Below, piece after piece: positions 60,095-64,000 of a DNA stretch of 64,000 bases. The stretch is from assembly GCA_030650095.1 (NCBI GenBank), contig JAUSEE010000033.1, positions 26,757 to 90,756 of the forward strand. Reading direction: 5' to 3'. The DNA is from Candidatus Buchananbacteria bacterium. GTDB lineage: Bacteria; Patescibacteriota; Patescibacteriia; 2-01-FULL-39-33. Each line of letters begins with the position of its first letter. The first letter of the stretch is position 1. Below the pieces are notes generated by a model that ran no database searches, was not told the origin of the DNA, and saw only the letters and a program-made list of their open reading frames with translations. The translations under genes were made by a program, and so were the position numbers.

Positions 60095-60331
60095 TTAAAT
60101 TCGTTTTTTGATGTAAAGGATAAGGTCGCCCACGGTTTCGATAGGATTCTCTTTATTGTCAATTTCAATATCAAGATCGAATTCCTCTTCCAAAGACATT
60201 ATAAGTTCGGTGATATCAAGCGAATCAGCCCCAAGATCCTTGGCAAAAAGGTCTGGATCTTCTACATTTGGCCGGTCAAAATGTCTGGCTACAATAGCTC
60301 TTATTCTTGATTCAACTGGTTCTTCGGACAT
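60095..60331 (-). CDS. acpP: Acyl carrier protein
   Basis: 78 aa; phosphopantetheine-attachment motif DLGADSLDITELIM, acidic helical bundle length. Confidence 0.8.
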   Translation of the reverse strand: MSEEPVESRIRAIVARHFDRPNVEDPDLFAKDLGADSLDITELIMSLEEEFDLDIEIDNKENPIETVGDLILYIKKRI

Positions 60332-60433
60332 TCCTTTGCTCCTGGTGTTGGGAATTTAAAAAGTACCAAAAACTCATATATATGTTAGCCAAATTAAAAT
60401 AAATAGTCAAATTAATAATAAATTTAAAAAAAT

Positions 60434-62362
60434 ATGGGAAAAATCTTAGGCATTGATCTTGGCACAACCAATAGCGCCATAGCAATAATGGAGGGTGGAC
60501 AACCAAAAATATTAGAAAACAGCGAAGGGGCCAGAACAACACCATCTATCATAGCCACTTCCAAAGCAGGCGAAAGATTAATAGGCATTTCCGCTAAAAG
60601 GCAGGCTGTTACCAATCCGGCCAATACTTTATTTTCGGTTAAAAGATTAATCGGCCGGAAATGGACAGATGAAGAAGTGCAAAAAGATTTGAAATCTTTG
60701 TCTTTTGAAATTAAGAAATCAGGCGAGGGAGTTAAAGTGGTGATGAACGGCAAAGAGTACAGCCCGCAGGAAATTTCGGCCATGGTTTTGCAGAAATTAA
60801 AAGCCGACGCGGAAAGCAAAACCGGCGAAAAAATAACCGAAGCGGTTATTACAGTGCCGGCTTATTTTGACGACAGCCAAAGGCAGGCGACTAAAGATGC
60901 CGGAGAAATTGCCGGTTTGACTGTTAAAAGAATCATCAACGAGCCGACAGCGGCGGCTTTGGCTTATGGTTTTGAAAAGAAAAAAGGCCAACAGATAGCC
61001 GTTTATGATTTGGGCGGTGGCACTTTCGACATCTCCATTTTAGATGTGGCTTCCGATACGGTGGAAGTTAAATCCACCAACGGCGATACCCACTTGGGCG
61101 GAGATGATTTCGATCAGATCATTATGAACTACATTTTAGATGAATTTAAAAAGCAAGAAGGCGTTGATTTGTCCAAAGATCAAACTTCTCTGCAACGAGT
61201 GAAGGAAGCGGCGGAGAAAGTTAAAATAGAGCTTTCCACTCAAATGGAATCGGAAATAAATCAGCCTTTTATCACTCAAGGCAGTGATAGCTCTCCTAAG
61301 CATTTGACCATGAGGATAACCAGATCACAACTGGAAGTCTTAGTGGAAGGTTTGGTGGATAAGACTTTTGAACCGGTTAAAAAAGCTTTGTCTGACGCCG
61401 GTCTGACCACCGCGCAAATTGAAGAAGTTATCCTGGTCGGCGGTATGACCAGAATGCCTTTGGTGCAAAAGAAAGTTGAAGCCTTTTTTGGCAAGAAGCC
61501 GAATATATCGGTTAATCCGGATGAGGTGGTGGCACTAGGCGCAGCCGTGCAGGCTGGCGTGCTTCAAGGCGATGTCAAAGATGTATTGCTTTTAGATGTT
61601 ACTCCTCTTACTTTAGGCATTGAAACATTGGGCGGGGTGGCTACTCCGTTAATTGAAAGAAACACCACTATCCCAACTTCCAAATCGCAAATATTTTCTA
61701 CTGCCGCCGATAATCAGCCGGGCGTGGAAATCCATGTTTTGCAAGGCGAGAGGCCGATGGCTAGCGATAATAAAACTCTGGGTAAATTTATGCTGGATGG
61801 CATTCCGCCAGCGCCCAGAGGCGTACCGCAAGTGGAAGTGACTTTTGATATTGATGCCAACGGCATTTTAAATGTCAAAGCCCAGGATAAAGCCACTGGT
61901 CGGGAACAGAAAATAACCATTACTTCTTCCAGCGGTTTGTCGAAGGAAGAAATTGAAAAAATGAAACGCGATGCCGAAGCTCATGCCGAGGAAGACAAGA
62001 ATAAGAGGGAACTGATAGATATTAAAAACCAAGCCGAGAGTTTGATTTTTAGCACCGAAAAAACCCTCAAAGATGCCGGCGATAAAGTTGAGGCCGATAC
62101 CAGAAAAAATGTGATGGATAAAATGGAAGATTTGAAAAAAGCCAAAGATGGCAGTGACAAAGATTTGATCCAGAAAAATTATGATGCCTTGTCTTCTGAA
62201 ATCCAGAAAGTTGGCGCGGCTATGTACCAATCCGCCCCAGGCGGATCCGCCTCGGGCGGACAGCCTGAAGCAGCCACTCCCGGGGCTGAAGTTCCAGCAG
62301 GCGAACAGCCGAAAGCCGAAGGCGAGCCGGTGGAGGCTGAATTTGAAGAAGTGAAGAAATAA
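60434..62362 (+). CDS. dnaK: Chaperone DnaK (Hsp70)
   Basis: 642 aa; [27 protein letters not shown]-terminal lid and acidic EEVKK tail. Confidence 0.95.
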   Translation: MGKILGIDLGTTNSAIAIMEGGQPKILENSEGARTTPSIIATSKAGERLIGISAKRQAVTNPANTLFSVKRLIGRKWTDEEVQKDLKSLSFEIKKSGEGVKVVMNGKEYSPQEISAMVLQKLKADAESKTGEKITEAVITVPAYFDDSQRQATKDAGEIAGLTVKRIINEPTAAALAYGFEKKKGQQIAVYDLGGGTFDISILDVASDTVEVKSTNGDTHLGGDDFDQIIMNYILDEFKKQEGVDLSKDQTSLQRVKEAAEKVKIELSTQMESEINQPFITQGSDSSPKHLTMRITRSQLEVLVEGLVDKTFEPVKKALSDAGLTTAQIEEVILVGGMTRMPLVQKKVEAFFGKKPNISVNPDEVVALGAAVQAGVLQGDVKDVLLLDVTPLTLGIETLGGVATPLIERNTTIPTSKSQIFSTAADNQPGVEIHVLQGERPMASDNKTLGKFMLDGIPPAPRGVPQVEVTFDIDANGILNVKAQDKATGREQKITITSSSGLSKEEIEKMKRDAEAHAEEDKNKRELIDIKNQAESLIFSTEKTLKDAGDKVEADTRKNVMDKMEDLKKAKDGSDKDLIQKNYDALSSEIQKVGAAMYQSAPGGSASGGQPEAATPGAEVPAGEQPKAEGEPVEAEFEEVKK

Positions 62363-62425
62363 GAATATTTTTTAAATTAAAAAAGCCCCGATTGGATCAG
62401 GGCTGTAATGGCGGTGTAATAAAAT

Positions 62426-62689
62426 TTATTCTGTTAGTTTCAGACAATCAATCGGCAAATGCATCCAAGATTTAACATTGGTTTTCTGACGGGTAACTAC
62501 AATTTCTATTGCTAAATTGTCGCCAAAACCAGAAATTGGATAAAGCGGCATTGGCATTCCTTTAATAACCGTAAAAGAAAAAGCGTAATAAATTGTGCCA
62601 TAAGGAATTAATCGGCCGTCAAGGTTGATTTCTTTGATAGTCCGCAGTTTATCACCATTTAATATAACTCTAACATTTTTAGCTATCAT
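62426..62689 (-). CDS. Hypothetical protein (87 aa)
   Basis: ORF between dnaK and dnaJ on the opposite strand. Confidence 0.3.
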   Translation of the reverse strand: MIAKNVRVILNGDKLRTIKEINLDGRLIPYGTIYYAFSFTVIKGMPMPLYPISGFGDNLAIEIVVTRQKTNVKSWMHLPIDCLKLTE

Positions 62690-62783
62690 TTATTTATCCT
62701 CCGTTAACTGGTTGTGAATGTGCTCTAAATTAACATTTAACTAAAAATAGACTTTATTAAATAATTATAATTTTGTCAAGTTT

Positions 62784-63074
62784 ATGGAAAATCAAAATCA
62801 ACCTCCAGTTCAAGAAATTAAAATCGCTGATAATTTGGCCGGCGGCGAATATGCCAATGCCATGCAAGTGGCGCACACCAAAGACGAAGTGCTCTTAACT
62901 TTTTTTAATATTATTTCGCCATCAGGCCGTGTTTGTGCTAAAATTATTACCAGTCCGGGACACTTGAAGCGCATGATCGCTGCTTTAAATGAAAATTTAA
63001 AAAGATACGAAGAAAAGTTTGGCCTAGTTGAGGCATCTGAAAGTCCCAAGGAGAGCATAGGGTTTAAGGTTTAA
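62784..63074 (+). CDS. Hypothetical protein (96 aa)
   Basis: ORF; no motif. Confidence 0.35.
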   Translation: MENQNQPPVQEIKIADNLAGGEYANAMQVAHTKDEVLLTFFNIISPSGRVCAKIITSPGHLKRMIAALNENLKRYEEKFGLVEASESPKESIGFKV

Positions 63075-63083
63075 TGTTTAATC

Positions 63084-63149
63084 GTCATTGCGAGCCTGCG
63101 AAGCAATCCCAGGGGATCGCCACGGTCGCTTGCGCTCTCTCGCGATGAC
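63084..63149. repeat. Nested-hairpin repeat, family B copy 2 (GTCATTGCGAGC...AAGCAATCC...TCGCGATGAC)
   Basis: Same outer stem as 43280-43357 (one G-U change) and the same AAGCAATC inner motif; 10 nt before the dnaJ ATG. Confidence 0.7.
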
Positions 63150-63159
63150 ATATTAAGTT

Positions 63160-64000
63160 ATGGCAAAAGACTATTACGCTATTTTGGGTGTTAAGAAAGA
63201 TGCGACTCAAGATGAAATAAAAAAAGCTTTTCGGAAATTGGCTCATGAGCATCACCCGGATAAGGAACATGGCAACGCTGATAAATTCAAAGAAATAAAC
63301 GAAGCCTATCAGACAGTTGGCCATGAAGAGAAAAGAAAGCAATATGATCAATTCGGTTCGGCTTTTTCCGGCACTGGATCGGGCGGTTTTTCTAATTATC
63401 AAGATTTTGCCAGAGCTCAAGGGGGCAATCCTTTCGGCCAAGGTGGATTTTCCCAAGGCAATGTCAATTTTGATTTTGGCGATATGGGAGATTTGGGAGA
63501 TATTTTTGGCAGCTTTTTTGGCGGCAGTAGATCACAAGCCAAACAAGCCAAAGGTTCGGATATTGAAACAGAATTAAGCATTGATTTTGAAGAATCGGTT
63601 TTTGGCGTAGAAAGAAACATAGAATTAGCCAAAAGAATAATTTGCAAACATTGCCAAGGCAATGGAGCCGAACCAGGATCAAAAATAAACACTTGTAATA
63701 ATTGCCACGGCAGCGGAAAGATATCATCGGTCCAGCAAACTATTTTGGGCGCTTTTCAAACCCAAAGAGTTTGTCCCAATTGCCAAGGAGAGGGCAAGAC
63801 TTATGAAAAAAAATGCAAAATTTGCAGCGGCAGCGGCGTGGAATACGGCCAGGAACAGATAAAAATAAAAATTCCAGCCGGCATTGAAGACGGCCAGCAA
63901 ATCCGTTTGTCGGGCCGAGGGGAGTCTAACCCCAAAGGCTCGGCTGGCGATTTATATATAAATATACGAGTCAAAAAGAATCCCAAATTTAAAAGAAACG
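63160..64000 (+). CDS. dnaJ: Chaperone DnaJ (partial, 3' end beyond window)
   Basis: Not in ORF track (no stop in window). MAKDYYAILGVKKDATQDEIKKAFRKLAHEHHPDK J-domain with HPD, G/F-rich linker, CxxCxGxG repeats (CKHCQGNG, CNNCHGSG, CPNCQGEG, CKICSGSG). Confidence 0.85.
   Translation, partial: MAKDYYAILGVKKDATQDEIKKAFRKLAHEHHPDKEHGNADKFKEINEAYQTVGHEEKRKQYDQFGSAFSGTGSGGFSNYQDFARAQGGNPFGQGGFSQGNVNFDFGDMGDLGDIFGSFFGGSRSQAKQAKGSDIETELSIDFEESVFGVERNIELAKRIICKHCQGNGAEPGSKINTCNNCHGSGKISSVQQTILGAFQTQRVCPNCQGEGKTYEKKCKICSGSGVEYGQEQIKIKIPAGIEDGQQIRLSGRGESNPKGSAGDLYINIRVKKNPKFKRN

Noticed and set aside
60156-60819. Several ORFs overlapping acpP and the dnaK 5' end
   Set aside because: acpP (DSLD motif) and dnaK are unambiguous; the overlapping frames are artefacts.
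63085-63727. Minus-strand ORFs (123, 91, 87 aa) and + ORF 63317..63577 at the window end
   Set aside because: All overlap the clear dnaJ reading frame (J-domain HPD, G/F region, four CxxCxGxG repeats), which is absent from the ORF track only because it has no stop within the window.

Overview
This is an AT-rich, gene-dense window of bacterial chromosome. It has short intergenic spacers, many small hypothetical, secreted or membrane-anchored proteins, and a reduced housekeeping set. By inference only, the content is consistent with a Patescibacteria/CPR-like or similarly streamlined anaerobic genome. No rRNA, tRNA or CRISPR array was found by eye.

Recognisable core genes:
- Cell wall and envelope: alanine racemase, cyclopropane-fatty-acid synthase, RmuC, a CDP-alcohol phosphatidyltransferase, several GT4/GT2 glycosyltransferases including a QxxRW membrane synthase, and two MreB loci, one followed by mreC-mreD-PBP2.
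- Lower glycolysis: pgk, eno, and two tandem 2,3-bisphosphoglycerate-independent phosphoglycerate mutase paralogs.
- Housekeeping: holB, frr, rseP, proS (no editing domain), greA, gyrB.
- Heat shock: hrcA-grpE-(acpP antisense)-dnaK-dnaJ, with a textbook CIRCE operator and sigma-70-like promoter upstream of hrcA.

The most distinctive content:
1. A four-subunit cytoplasmic (group-3-like) [NiFe]-hydrogenase encoded in two blocks (4Fe-4S beta plus FAD/2Fe-2S gamma, then small plus large subunit). hypC and unrelated genes lie between the blocks. The large subunit ends exactly at the DPCxxCxxH motif with no C-terminal extension, and a zinc-finger-less HypA N-domain homolog sits just downstream.
2. 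A GC-rich ~140-nt three-hairpin repeat element, present in two full copies and one short copy, each placed immediately after a stop codon in the orientation of the upstream gene.
3. A second nested-hairpin repeat family (GTCATTGCGA...TCGCAATGAC).
4. Three tandem paralogous Cys-rich secreted proteins. The first two share a perfectly identical 100-nt upstream-plus-signal-anchor cassette.
5. A 660-nt noncoding hub (37.1-37.8 kb) with perfect hairpins, a long quasi-palindrome, three tandem ~28-nt direct repeats, and a 46-nt palindrome over the promoter of a GT4 gene.
6. A promoter-to-terminator bounded ~235-nt noncoding unit (4.46-4.73 kb) upstream of a glycosyltransferase. It is either a candidate small RNA or a riboswitch/attenuator-like leader.
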